Both the position numbers and the translations under genes were made by a program. A stretch of 61,931 nucleotides of DNA, the filler included. It is 6 parts of 6 records of this genome, joined end to end, with 100 filler letters (N's around TTAATTAATTAA, not from the genome) between each part and the next. Parts side by side here need not be neighbours in the genome. Positions count along the whole stretch, not along the records: positions 44,346 to 61,931 come from SRR31147125_1111; 5 more parts are not named here. One strand, given 5' to 3'. The notes beneath the pieces were generated by a model. The model was given only the letters and a program-made list of their open reading frames with translations, had not been told where the DNA came from and ran no database searches. Below, piece by piece: positions 45,165 to 55,471 of the stretch; the first letter of the stretch is position 1, and each line of letters begins with the position of its first letter.

Positions 45165-45451
45165 ATGAATTATAACGAGTATACAGAAACAGAACTTAGG
45201 GAAGTTGCGAGAAAAAGAGTTGAGGCAAAACAAGGTTTTAAAGTTCATCTTACAATTTACGTACTAATTAATCTTGGGCTATGGGTATTATGCTTGTTTG
45301 CTACTCCAAAAGAGGCTGGTATTCCTTGGGCTTTATATCCAACAGTTGGTTGGGGGATTGGGCTTACAATGCACTTTTTGGCATGATTGCCGAACTTAAA
45401 GGCACCAATAGTGATGCTATTGAAAGAGAACTAGAGAGAATGAAAAAATAA
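45165..45451 (+). CDS. 2TM domain protein (frameshift in T-run near 45378)
   Basis: ARKRVEAKQGFKVHL...W.LYP.VGWGIGL..H; continues ...IERELERMKK* to 45451. Confidence 0.85.
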
Positions 45452-45463
45452 TAGGGGTAATAT

Positions 45464-46195
45464 ATGAAAAATAGACAACGAATCAGATATGGGATTTTAA
45501 TGCTGATATTTTTAGCCTTTCCAATTACGCTAAATTATTATTCGCCGTATCTATCGATAATGGGACCAAGTCAAGGCATAATAAACGGTAGTTTGATTGT
45601 CTTTGCAGGATTATTCTTAACTTCAATGTTCTTTGGAAGATTTTGGTGTGGATGGCTTTGCCCTGCTGGTGCAGTTCAAGAAGGATGCAGCGTAGTTCAG
45701 CCAAAGAGGTTTACTAATAAAAGGCTTAGGTTTTTAAAATACTTTTTATATGCGGGTTGGCTTTTTATGGTGGTAATGATGTTTATTGCTGCTGGTGGAA
45801 TTATGGGTGTTGATTTCTTCTTTATGACGGATAACTACATAAGCGTATCGCAGCCTTTTAACTATATAATCTATTATGGAGTGCTTTTTATAACGATCTT
45901 GCTTCCGCTCATTTTTGGAAAACGTGCATCATGCTATATGATTTGCTGGATGGCACCATTTATGATTGCAGGTCAAACAGTATCAAAGCTTATAAAGTTG
46001 CCAAGGCTTAGGATATTTGCTGATGAAAAAAAATGTGTTGACTGTAAAAAATGTGAGATTGTTTGTCCAAAATCATTACCGGTTACTCAATACGTTAAAG
46101 AGGGTGAGATTGTCGATATTGAATGCAATAAGTGTTTTAGTTGTGCCGATGTATGTAAAAACAATGTGCTGTCGGTTGGGTTTAGGGCAAAATAA
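45464..46195 (+). CDS. Membrane 4Fe-4S binding protein (NapH/MauN-like)
   Basis: FGRFWCGWLCPAG, CVDCKKCEIVCP, CNKCFSCADVC. Confidence 0.9.
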   Translation: MKNRQRIRYGILMLIFLAFPITLNYYSPYLSIMGPSQGIINGSLIVFAGLFLTSMFFGRFWCGWLCPAGAVQEGCSVVQPKRFTNKRLRFLKYFLYAGWLFMVVMMFIAAGGIMGVDFFFMTDNYISVSQPFNYIIYYGVLFITILLPLIFGKRASCYMICWMAPFMIAGQTVSKLIKLPRLRIFADEKKCVDCKKCEIVCPKSLPVTQYVKEGEIVDIECNKCFSCADVCKNNVLSVGFRAK

Positions 46196-46223
46196 GTTTT
46201 AAAATTAATAATACTATATTAAA

Positions 46224-46258
46224 AAAACACCTTTGAATTGAATGATCAAAGGTGTTTT
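46224..46258. terminator. Bidirectional terminator
   Basis: AAAACACCTTTGA / TCAAAGGTGTTTT. Confidence 0.8.
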
Positions 46259-46282
46259 GAAGTTTAATAAACAGTAATTCTT

Positions 46283-47563
46283 TTATTTTGATAATTCTAT
46301 CTTCCAGCCTTCCCAAAGATCGTCTGTCTTTGTTCCATATAAAACTTTCCAAGTCTGACGGTTATCGTCATATGCATCAGCTTGAGCCTGAGTTTCTACA
46401 TAAAGATATCTTGTAGAAGGAAGTCCATGACCCCAGCTAGTTATTGTAGGGATATTTGAGCCAAGTGTTAAGCTTGAAAGTGCAGTACAATAATTAAATA
46501 CTCTATCGCCAAAAGCAGTTACAGAAGGTAATTCCAACTCTACTAAAGCAATACAATCTCTAAATGCAGAATGACCAAAAACTGTTGCGTTTTGCAATTT
46601 AACTGAAGTTAAAGCAGTACAGTCACCAAATGCCCTGTCACCAAAAGTTTTTGCTTCTGGTAGGTTTAAATCTGTAAGGGCTGTGCAGTCATAAAAAGCA
46701 TCATATCCAAAAGTTTTAACTAATGGTAGTTTTACTTCGGTAAGTGCAGAACAATCTTCGAATGCTCTGTTTCCGAAAGTTGATACAGAAGCCAGTTCGA
46801 TTTCAGTAAGAGCAGTACAGTCTTCAAAAGCATAGCTTCTAAAAGACTTAGCGCTAGGTAAGCTGATTTTTGTAAGAGCGGTACAATCATAGAATGCATA
46901 ATCTAAAAAGCTTGTTACAGAAGGTAAATCAACGTCGGTAAGGGCTGTGCATTGACTAAATGCTGAGTTTCTAAAAGTCTTTGCCTTTGGTAAGCTTATT
47001 GTTGTAAGTGCTGTACAGTCTTCAAAAGCATAGTCTAAAAATAGTGAAGCTTCAGGAAGTTTTACTTCTGTAAGAGCTGAGCAGTTTTCAAATGCGTTGT
47101 TCCCGAATGATTTTGCATTAGGCAAGTTAACCTCGGTTAGCGAATCGCAAAAATAAAAAGCTTTGTCGCCAAAGGATGTTGCCGTAAAGTTTACCTTAGT
47201 TAAGCCGTTAAACTTTCTTGATCTATAACTACTACAAAATCTGTCTCCAACACTACCAGCAGTAACTGAGCTTGCAACATCAAGAACTTGTAAGTTAGCT
47301 AATTTGTTAATATAGTCTGTATCATCAGAATTTAGACTTCCAGATACAGAACTTTTGATAATAAGCTGTGTAACATCGTTTGGAACCTCTATACCTTCAA
47401 GAGCTCCAACCCTTTCTTGTAAAGAACCTGATGTAAAGGTGGCCCCACCTTCACTATCCAATGTTACAACTCCATCTTTGTTACTATCTGCCAAGGCCAT
47501 AGTAGGCAAGGCAAATATAAATACAATAGCAATAATTGTTATAAATTTTAGTTTCATTTTCAT
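46283..47563 (-). CDS. BspA-type (LRR_5) leucine-rich-repeat secreted protein
   Basis: Signal peptide and about 11 repeats of 22 aa (AFxxCxALTxvxLPxaxxF). Confidence 0.92.
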   Translation of the reverse strand: MKMKLKFITIIAIVFIFALPTMALADSNKDGVVTLDSEGGATFTSGSLQERVGALEGIEVPNDVTQLIIKSSVSGSLNSDDTDYINKLANLQVLDVASSVTAGSVGDRFCSSYRSRKFNGLTKVNFTATSFGDKAFYFCDSLTEVNLPNAKSFGNNAFENCSALTEVKLPEASLFLDYAFEDCTALTTISLPKAKTFRNSAFSQCTALTDVDLPSVTSFLDYAFYDCTALTKISLPSAKSFRSYAFEDCTALTEIELASVSTFGNRAFEDCSALTEVKLPLVKTFGYDAFYDCTALTDLNLPEAKTFGDRAFGDCTALTSVKLQNATVFGHSAFRDCIALVELELPSVTAFGDRVFNYCTALSSLTLGSNIPTITSWGHGLPSTRYLYVETQAQADAYDDNRQTWKVLYGTKTDDLWEGWKIELSK

Positions 47564-47739
47564 CTAAACAGACCTTTCTATAAAAAACACTAGTAAAATA
47601 ATTTATATTATATAATATAAGTATTTTTAGTAATATTAAACAATATATACAGTATAACAAGTCGAATTAACGATATCAAGTTAATAATTTATTAACGATA
47701 CGAATAGGACATTAATAAAATTATAGCCTTATACTAAAA

Positions 47740-47771
47740 TAAGCCGTTTAATATATATAATAAACGGCTTA
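47740..47771 (-). terminator. Terminator after the DEAD-box helicase
   Basis: TAAGCCGTTTA / TAAACGGCTTA stem with ATTTT tail on the minus strand. Confidence 0.75.
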
Positions 47772-47783
47772 AATGGTTAATTT

Positions 47784-49379
47784 TTATCTTCCCTTAGCAA
47801 CTTCAATATTGATTGGTCTTCCTTTTAATGCAACACCACCAAGTGTTTCTAATACAATGTTTGCACGATCATTAGGAACCTCTACAAATGAGAATTTATC
47901 AAATACATCTATTTTACCAATCTCATTTCCTCTAACCTTTGTCTCACCAGCAATGCAACCAACAATATCTTTTGGTTGTACTCTGTCTTTTTTACCAAGG
48001 TTGATAAAGAACCTTACCATGCCGCGTTCTGCACCAGTGTTTTCAAAGTTTGCTTTAGCTTTTTCTTTTTTAGTTTCACTTTTTCTGTTTGCACCAGTAA
48101 GCATCTTCAATAAGGTAACAGCAATTTGTTTAGAATCTATACCTTCATCTATCAGTTGATCTACAATCCTACTGCAGCTTGTATCAACATTTTTAGAAAG
48201 TTCTACCTTTATTTTTTCAACCATTGCTTTTCGGTTGATTTCTTCTATTTCGTTTATTGTAGGAAGCTTTTTGCATGGAATAGTTGCACTAATATATTTT
48301 TGCAAAACTTTTACCTTAGCAACCTGACCTCTGCCACATGCAAAAGTAACAGCTTTACCAGACCTTCCAGCTCTTCCTGTACGACCAATTCTATGGATAT
48401 AATATTCATTATCCAAAGGAATATCGTAGTTAAATACCATCTCTACACCTTCAACGTCAAGACCTCTAGCAGCAACGTCAGTAGCAACAAGCATACTATG
48501 CCTTCCTGCTCTAAATCCGTCCATAACTCTGTTTCTTTGGTTTTGATTTAAATCACCATGAAGAGCAACTGCGCTGATTGATAGGTTATTTAGTCTTTCT
48601 ACTAAAGTATCTACCATGCGCTTAGTGTTACAAAACACAAGAGACATTTTTGGTTGATGTACCAAGTACAACTTCTCTATAGCTTGAGTCTTTTTATCAC
48701 GCGATACATTACAATACCATTGATCAATAGTTCTAACGGTTAAATTGCTGTCTCCAGACTTAACCATTTTGGCGTCTTTTTGATAATTCTTTGTAAGCTT
48801 GATAATTTCTTTAGACATAGTAGCTGAAAATAATACAGTCACAATGTCTTCAGGCACTTCACTTAATATTGTAGTCATATCGTCTCTAAAACCCATGTTA
48901 AGCATCTCATCAGCTTCATCTAAAACAGCCAGCTTCAACGCACCTAATTTCAAGCTGCGTCTTCTCATATGGTCCATAATTCTGCCAGGAGTTCCAACAA
49001 CAATATGCGCGCCTCTTTTAAGCTCTTTTGTTTGATTTTGAATAGGAGTTCCACCGTAAATGGAAACAATATTTATTCCTGGTTTGTACTTAGCCGCTTT
49101 TTTGATCTCACCGCAAGCCTGAAGAGCAAGCTCACGTGTAGGACAAAGTACTAACACTTGTACAGTTCTACTCTTAACATTTACTAAGTCAATAGCAGGT
49201 AAACCAAAAGCCATTGTTTTACCAGTTCCTGTTTGAGAGTGTCCTATAATATCTCTGCCTTCTAATATCAGCGGAATACTATCCTGCTGAATTTTCGTTG
49301 GTGTATCAAAATCCATGTCTTGAGTAGCCATGAATACTTCGTTTGATAACCCTAGTTGATTAAATTTTTTCTTGTTCAT
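47784..49379 (-). CDS. DEAD-box RNA helicase (DeaD/CshA-like) with DbpA RNA-binding domain
   Basis: QTGTGKT, PTRELA, DEAD, SAT, HRIGRTGR; C-terminal FFINLGK...IGKID...FSFVEV. Confidence 0.96.
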   Translation of the reverse strand: MNKKKFNQLGLSNEVFMATQDMDFDTPTKIQQDSIPLILEGRDIIGHSQTGTGKTMAFGLPAIDLVNVKSRTVQVLVLCPTRELALQACGEIKKAAKYKPGINIVSIYGGTPIQNQTKELKRGAHIVVGTPGRIMDHMRRRSLKLGALKLAVLDEADEMLNMGFRDDMTTILSEVPEDIVTVLFSATMSKEIIKLTKNYQKDAKMVKSGDSNLTVRTIDQWYCNVSRDKKTQAIEKLYLVHQPKMSLVFCNTKRMVDTLVERLNNLSISAVALHGDLNQNQRNRVMDGFRAGRHSMLVATDVAARGLDVEGVEMVFNYDIPLDNEYYIHRIGRTGRAGRSGKAVTFACGRGQVAKVKVLQKYISATIPCKKLPTINEIEEINRKAMVEKIKVELSKNVDTSCSRIVDQLIDEGIDSKQIAVTLLKMLTGANRKSETKKEKAKANFENTGAERGMVRFFINLGKKDRVQPKDIVGCIAGETKVRGNEIGKIDVFDKFSFVEVPNDRANIVLETLGGVALKGRPINIEVAKGR

Positions 49380-49644
49380 TAATTCTTTCCTTTATTCTAT
49401 AAAAATTTGCATACTAAAAATAACTAGATGTCTTTTGAATCTAAATTGTAATTGAATATATAACCAAGTCAATATTCATCATACAATTTAACTAAGACTA
49501 TTTAGGACAATGTAGTACACGGATTAAATAGATTGGATTATTGTATAAAAACAATTAACTCTATAAGGAAGGACAATTTTCAATAATTGATACATTGAAA
49601 ATATGCTAACTCAATTACAATATTTTATTTTAAGCAACCGTGCA

Positions 49645-49672
49645 AGTATAGCACAGTATCCAGAAAAGTCAA
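49645..49672 (-). promoter_or_regulatory. Putative sigmaA promoter of the helicase (extended -10)
   Basis: TTGACT-16 nt-TATACT with TGn before the -10. Confidence 0.6.
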
Positions 49673-49818
49673 CTAAAATCATATAATTACCTATTATTGT
49701 ACAAAAACAGATATATTTTTTACTACATTTCTTATAATTTTCGTCAATATTATTATAGTGTTTTATTAAAATATTATATTGAATCATATATTAATTAATG
49801 TTTTATTTAAAATAGTTA

Positions 49819-49847
49819 TTGACAAACGAAATAAATTGGATTATTAT
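49819..49847 (+). promoter_or_regulatory. Putative sigmaA promoter of DUF2975-XRE
   Basis: TTGACA-17 nt-TATTAT. Confidence 0.65.
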
Positions 49848-49882
49848 ATACCCATAAAACAAATACATGGAGGAAAACTTTT

Positions 49883-50455
49883 ATGAAAATGCAAGAAAAG
49901 AAATTGAGGAAATTCAAGATATATGACAAAATATCAAATGTGCTGTATATTTTATCAATTATTTTTGGAGTGCTGATGATTCTATTTTCAACTTTTGGTC
50001 TTATTGTTGTTGGAAATTTGGATGAAGAGATTATCGAAAAGGGAAGAGGTTTTATAGAGACACAAATACCACTGATTCATTTACCAGATCAGATTGTTAT
50101 ACCTTATGCATCAATTATTGTAACAGTAATAGCGTTTGCAGTAACAATTGCACTATTTAGCTTTATATTTAAAAAAGTATCTATACTGTTTAAAAACATT
50201 TATCAAACAAAAACACCTTTTACTCAAAAAACTGTAGATGTATTGAAGCATATAAGCTTTGCTATTTTTACTTATGTTGGGTTAGAGATATTTTTAAATG
50301 GATTAAGTGCAGCCCTTATGCCAAAGCTTTATGGATTTACAGTACATGTAGATATTGAACTTGCACCATTGCTAGTTGGGTTGTTGATACTAGCACTGTC
50401 AGAAATATTCGATTATGGTTTGACACTTCAAAACGATAGTGAGTCTATATTGTAA
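49883..50455 (+). CDS. DUF2975 domain membrane protein
   Basis: KTPFTQKTV, LSEIFDYGLTLQNDSESIL C-terminal signature; precedes an XRE gene. Confidence 0.85.
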   Translation: MKMQEKKLRKFKIYDKISNVLYILSIIFGVLMILFSTFGLIVVGNLDEEIIEKGRGFIETQIPLIHLPDQIVIPYASIIVTVIAFAVTIALFSFIFKKVSILFKNIYQTKTPFTQKTVDVLKHISFAIFTYVGLEIFLNGLSAALMPKLYGFTVHVDIELAPLLVGLLILALSEIFDYGLTLQNDSESIL

Positions 50456-50536
50456 AAACAATCAGTTTTAAATGGATTGTTTTGCAAAGAGAAATATATA
50501 GCTTTATACCAAATTGAAGAAAGGACGGTGGAATCT

Positions 50537-50761
50537 GTGCCGATAATAATTAGACTAGATAAAATGATGGCTGATAGGAAGATGTCACTTAATGAGCTAT
50601 CTGAAAAAGTAGGACTTTCGAATGTTAACCTATCCTTATTAAAGAATGGAAAAGTAAAAGGAATTAGGTTTAATACACTAGAAGCAATATGTGACGTTTT
50701 AGACTGTCAACCAGGAGAAATTTTGGAATATACCCCAAATAAGAAGGAAAGCGAAGAGTAA
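50537..50761 (+). CDS. XRE / HTH_26 (YozG-like) transcriptional regulator
   Basis: IIIRLDKMMADRKMSLNELSEKVG...NLSLLKNGKVKGIRFNTL...CQPGEILEY; GTG start after RBS. Confidence 0.93.
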   Translation: MPIIIRLDKMMADRKMSLNELSEKVGLSNVNLSLLKNGKVKGIRFNTLEAICDVLDCQPGEILEYTPNKKESEE

Positions 50762-50787
50762 TAAGCCAACATCTTGGCATAAAATAA

Positions 50788-50817
50788 GCTAGACGAGTTA
50801 TATTGTCTAGTTTTTTT
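50788..50817 (+). terminator. Intrinsic terminator
   Basis: GCTAGACGA / TTGTCTAGT stem followed by a T-run. Confidence 0.75.
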
Positions 50818-50885
50818 ATTTGCAATTAAAATTGATAATACAAAGGTATTTTGATATAATTGACTTTAAATGGGGTAGAAGCTGG

Positions 50886-51527
50886 ATGAAAATAAACACA
50901 TTAGAATTTGGATTGTTTGTATCCGATATATTAATAACGTTAGTAAGCATTTATTGCTACATTTTTTTTATAATCACGACAAAACAAAAAAACTAATAAA
51001 GTGCGAAAATATTGGAGTATGTTCTTTTTGCTTGAAGCAATATCTTTTTTGCTTGGAGGAATTTCTCACGGGTTTATTTTTGAATATTCCAATATTGTAG
51101 CTTATGTATCGTGGTGCTTATCTGTGTTTGGTGTTTTGTTTTTTCACTTGGAGTATTTAACAATGTAGAGTTTGAAAATGCTTTTATAAATGAAATATCT
51201 ATTTTCAGTATAGCAACATTAGCTATGTTGATTTCATTCATTTATGATTTATTTGTAATCATCATCATTTATTGTTTTATTGTATTGGCTTTTATAGTAT
51301 ACTTAAACGAAGTTAAAAAAATAATATCTTTGAAGTATTCTTTTTCGAAAGGAATATTATCTGGAACTATGCTTTTTATTTTTTCGTCAATAGTTTTTAT
51401 GCTTGATATAGATATGCTTTATATGAAAAGTGGAGTTGTTGCACATGTCGTAATAGCTATAGGCATGGTTTTTTTTGGTTATGGTTGTAAAAGAACAATA
51501 ATAGAATACGAATCAAATACAATTTAA
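50886..51527 (+). CDS. Multi-pass membrane protein (DUF6962-like), two homopolymer frameshifts
   Basis: MKINTLEFGLFVSDILI...; next frame KYWSMFFLLEAISFLLGGISHGF; joins ORF 51111-51527. Confidence 0.6.
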
Positions 51528-51544
51528 ATATTAAGGGGAATTAC

Positions 51545-52656
51545 ATGAATATTAATCCATTTGAACTAGAAAGATACTTTGCAAAATATGAGTTTAATGC
51601 TCCATATTTACTCAGTTGTTCCGACTGCGAATCTTTGAGCGTAAGCGATTTAGTTAATGCGGCAGATAAAGAAAGTGCAGATATATGGAATAATCTTAAG
51701 TTAGGCTATACAGAATCCAAAGGAAATCCATTGCTTCGGTGTGAAATATCAAAGTTATATAAAGGTATTGTTGAAGAAAATATTTTATGCACTGTTCCTG
51801 AAGAAGGAATATATATTAGTATGCGGTCATTGCTTGAAAAAGGTGATGAGGTTATTTATACTTTTCCGGGTTACCAATCTTTATATGAGGTTGCAAATAG
51901 CCAAGGTGCGCATATCAAAAAGTGGGAAGTTAGATATAATAACGGCTGGTATTTTGATGTAGAAGACTTAAAAGCGATGGTTTCTAAAAATACAAAGATG
52001 ATTGTTGTTAATTTTCCGCATAATCCAACTGGTGCTGCTATAAACAAACAAGAATTATTAGAGATTGTAGATATAGCTAAAGAAAATGACTGCATTTTGT
52101 TTTGCGACGAAATGTATAGATACTTAGAATATGATGAAAAAGATAGGTTACCGAGTGTATGCGAGATCTACGATAAAGGTATTGCTTTATGCGGGCTTTC
52201 AAAATCTTTTTCTTGTCCGGGGTTAAGAATAGGCTGGCTTATAACAAAAAGCCAAGATATGATGCAAAAACTTGCAAGCTACAAAGATTATACTACAATA
52301 TGCCTTAGTGCACCAAGCGAAGTTTTAGGAATAATGGTTTTAAGACAAAAGAAGAAATTGTGAAAAACAACATTGATTTAATAATAGCAAACATAGCTAT
52401 ATTAAATGATTTTTTTGAAAAGCATAATGATAAGTTTGAATTTAAAAACCCTTACGCAGGACCGATTGGATACGTTGCGATAAAGGACGTTATTAATATG
52501 GATGAACTTGTCAACGGTCTTATTAACGTGGGGCTTATGATATTGCCGTCAAGTGTATATGCACATGATGAAAAAGCGTTTAGGATTGGCTTTGGAAGAG
52601 AAAACATGAAAGAATGTATAGAGATTTTTGATAAGTATTTAGAGAGTATAAAATAG
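51545..52656 (+). CDS. PLP-dependent aminotransferase class I/II (frameshift near 52350)
   Basis: FELERYFAKYEF, NFPHNPTG, DEMYR, GLSKSFSCPGLRIGW, FRIGFGR. Confidence 0.92.
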
Positions 52657-52669
52657 CTTATAATACTAT

Positions 52670-53380
52670 TTACTTATCATGCGTTTTTTCGGCGGAACCA
52701 GAAACAGGAATTTTTTCGCCTAAATATGTTGGGTTTGGCTTGAGTATTTCGACAAAGATAAAATCTTTTACTCTAGCCAACATCTCTCTTATATTGTTTC
52801 TTATATTTGTGGACATGTAATATCTGTGTTGGTTAGAATAAATACCAATAGCGTTTATGCCTAGTCTTCTTGCAATATAAACAGCTCTGTATACATGGAA
52901 TTTTTGAGTTATGACAATAACGTTTTCACATTCAAAGATTTCTTTTGCACGATACATACTTTCGTAGGTAGAAAAGCCAGCATGATCCAAAAAAATACTT
53001 TGCTTTTCAACACCCTCTTTTATTGCATAATCCATCATTATGTTTACTTCATCATAATATTCTTTGCCATGATCGCCAGAAAAAAGTAAAGTATTGACCT
53101 TGTCGGTGTTATAAAGATCTATGGCATAATCAACCCTGTCCTTTAATACATAGCTTAAGTTACCGTTGCTATATACTTTTGCACCAAGCGCAATTGCTGT
53201 TGAGTTTTTTTCTATGTCAGGTAAATTGTCTATACTATATACATGATTTTTTGATAACACCACTATATACAAGTTAATAGAAATCACTAAAAAAACAGCA
53301 ATAGATATAACTATTGATGCTTTTGTAATAAAGGATTTAAATGACTTCTTAGTCTTTTTTTTATTTCTGGCTTTCGACAT
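52670..53380 (-). CDS. SanA/ElyC (DUF218) family protein
   Basis: LGAKV, DRVD, SGDHG, DHAGFSTYESMYRA, TQKFHVYRA, REMLAR. Confidence 0.92.
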   Translation of the reverse strand: MSKARNKKKTKKSFKSFITKASIVISIAVFLVISINLYIVVLSKNHVYSIDNLPDIEKNSTAIALGAKVYSNGNLSYVLKDRVDYAIDLYNTDKVNTLLFSGDHGKEYYDEVNIMMDYAIKEGVEKQSIFLDHAGFSTYESMYRAKEIFECENVIVITQKFHVYRAVYIARRLGINAIGIYSNQHRYYMSTNIRNNIREMLARVKDFIFVEILKPNPTYLGEKIPVSGSAEKTHDK

Positions 53381-53382
53381 TA

Positions 53383-54558
53383 TTAAAATATCTCGTCTAA
53401 TAGTTTATGGGCTAAAGCTTTTTTCGAATCGTTGCCCAAATCTGTCTTGCTTCCGTCTTTGCTAAACAGATAAATATGATTAGTATCATACCCAAACCCA
53501 ACACCTTTTTGGCTGACATCGTTAAGAGCAATAAAATCTAAATTCTTTTTCTCTAGTTTTTTTATAGCGTTTTTTTCGATGTCGTCAGTCTCAGCAGCAA
53601 ACCCCACTATAACTTGATGTTTTTTGTTCTCGCCAAGCTTTTTGAGTATATCTGTTGTCCTCGTAAAATCTATGCTTATATCACCAGATTTTTTAAGCTT
53701 ATTATGATGCTTTTCTATAGGCGTATAATCAGAAACTGCGGCAGACATAATAACTGCATCAGCTTCTTTGTAAAAGTTAAACATTGCATTAGCCATTTCG
53801 TCAACGGTTATTACATCTTTTACATCAACACCAAAAGGTGGATTGATGCTAACAGGACCTGAAACTAAAGTTACTTTAGCACCTCTGTTATAGGCAGCTT
53901 GCGCAATTGAATATCCCATTTTTCCAGATGAAGGGTTTGATAAAAACCTTACAGGGTCAATGTGCTCTCTTGTAGGACCAGCAGATACTAATATTTTTTT
54001 TCCTGTTAAATCCTTTTTCGAAAGAACATATTCACAATAACTTACAATTTCTTCTGGCTCTTTCATTCTGCCTTTTCCTTCATCACCACAAGCTAGCAGT
54101 CCGCCGTCGGTTTCCATAATAAAGTAACCGCGTGATTTTAACTTTGACAAGTTTTCCTGCGTTGCACTATTTTCCAGCATATTTGTGTTCATTGCAGGAA
54201 CAATAATGACAGGGGCTTTTGTGGCTAAAACAGTAGTTGTTAGCATATCATCAGCAATACCATTAGCAATTTTTGCAATAATATTAGCTGTAGCTGGCGC
54301 AATAATCATAAGGTTTGCTTTTTTCGCAAGCGAAATATGCTCCACTTCCCAAGGTTTTCTTCTGTCAAACATATCATATGTACAAGGATTATTTGATAAA
54401 ACCTCAAATGTTAATGGATTTATAAATTCAATTGCGCTTTTAGTCATGCAAACATCAATATTTGCCCCTAGCTTTTTTAGCATAGATGTAAGGTATGCTG
54501 ATTTATAAGCAGCGATACCACCTGTTACACCAACAACGATGTTTTTTCCTGATATCAC
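53383..54558 (-). CDS. coaBC: Bifunctional phosphopantothenoylcysteine decarboxylase / synthetase
   Basis: GGIAAYK, PAMNTNM, ACGDEGKGR, DPVRFLSNPSSGKMG, GFAAET. Confidence 0.98.
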   Translation of the reverse strand: MISGKNIVVGVTGGIAAYKSAYLTSMLKKLGANIDVCMTKSAIEFINPLTFEVLSNNPCTYDMFDRRKPWEVEHISLAKKANLMIIAPATANIIAKIANGIADDMLTTTVLATKAPVIIVPAMNTNMLENSATQENLSKLKSRGYFIMETDGGLLACGDEGKGRMKEPEEIVSYCEYVLSKKDLTGKKILVSAGPTREHIDPVRFLSNPSSGKMGYSIAQAAYNRGAKVTLVSGPVSINPPFGVDVKDVITVDEMANAMFNFYKEADAVIMSAAVSDYTPIEKHHNKLKKSGDISIDFTRTTDILKKLGENKKHQVIVGFAAETDDIEKNAIKKLEKKNLDFIALNDVSQKGVGFGYDTNHIYLFSKDGSKTDLGNDSKKALAHKLLDEIF

Positions 54559-54767
54559 TAGATGCTTTCTTCCTTTGACTCGATGAATACAACTTTATCT
54601 TCATACACTTCAAGAACAGCATGTGTAAGTGGATTGCTGTTTTCGCATTCTACTAGTGGAGTAGATCCATCAATAATTTGTCTTGCTCTTTTAGATGATT
54701 CAATAATAAGGGTAAATCTGTTACCTGCTTTTTCAATCAAATCATATAGTTCTGGGTTTGTAATCAT
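54558..54767 (-). CDS. rpoZ: RNA polymerase omega subunit
   Basis: NRFTLI..SSKRARQI; between gmk and coaBC. Confidence 0.93.
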   Translation of the reverse strand: MITNPELYDLIEKAGNRFTLIIESSKRARQIIDGSTPLVECENSNPLTHAVLEVYEDKVVFIESKEESI

Positions 54768-55390
54768 TAAATTTTTTCTCCTTCGATCAATAAATCTTTT
54801 AAATGTATATTTCTTTCAACTCTACATTTTTCAGCAGAAATTATACCAATAATCTTTTTTGCTGCCTTATCTACATCGTCGTTTATAACAACGTAGTCAT
54901 AAGTAGGTAAAAGCCCTAACTCATAACCAGATTTTAGCAACCTTTTTTTAGATGTTTCTTCATCCTCTGTTCCTCTTTTTATAAGCCTTTTTTCCAGTTC
55001 GTCTAAAGATGGGGGAGCTATAAAAATCAAAATGCTATCTTCATAGGATGCTTTAACTTGAGCAGCACCATTTACTTCAATTTCCAAAATAATATTTTTG
55101 CCTTGCTCTAGGTTGTTTAAAACCATATCCTTTGGTGTTCCATATTTATTATCTACAAATTCAGCATATTCCAAAAAACCATCATTTGCAATGCGTTCAT
55201 CAAATTCTTCGTGCGAAATAAAATAATAGCTCGTTCCATGGGTTTCACCAACCCTGATTTTTCTTGTAGTGCAAGAAACAGAAAGCTCAATGTCATTTTC
55301 GAGCTGCATAATCCTATCAACAACTGTTCCTTTTCCAGCACCAGAAGGTCCCGAAATAACAATTAACAGTCCTTTTTTATCCATAAACAT
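54767..55390 (-). CDS. gmk: Guanylate kinase
   Basis: SGPSGAGKGT, SCTTR, YGTP, RGTE. Confidence 0.98.
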   Translation of the reverse strand: MFMDKKGLLIVISGPSGAGKGTVVDRIMQLENDIELSVSCTTRKIRVGETHGTSYYFISHEEFDERIANDGFLEYAEFVDNKYGTPKDMVLNNLEQGKNIILEIEVNGAAQVKASYEDSILIFIAPPSLDELEKRLIKRGTEDEETSKKRLLKSGYELGLLPTYDYVVINDDVDKAAKKIIGIISAEKCRVERNIHLKDLLIEGEKI

Positions 55391-55471
55391 AACCATCCTT
55401 TATTTACACTATAAAAATACAACTAGGCTTTTATATATAAAATACAAACATCATATAATACTATGTATAAA

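Noticed and set aside
46283..47563. LRR repeats as a CRISPR array or a DGR target
   Set aside because: They are in-frame degenerate coding repeats; there is no cas gene, reverse transcriptase or adenine-specific template/variable repeat pair in the window
49883..50761. DUF2975-XRE pair as a novel system
   Set aside because: A very common known gene pair (yoaS-yozG type), with nothing unusual here
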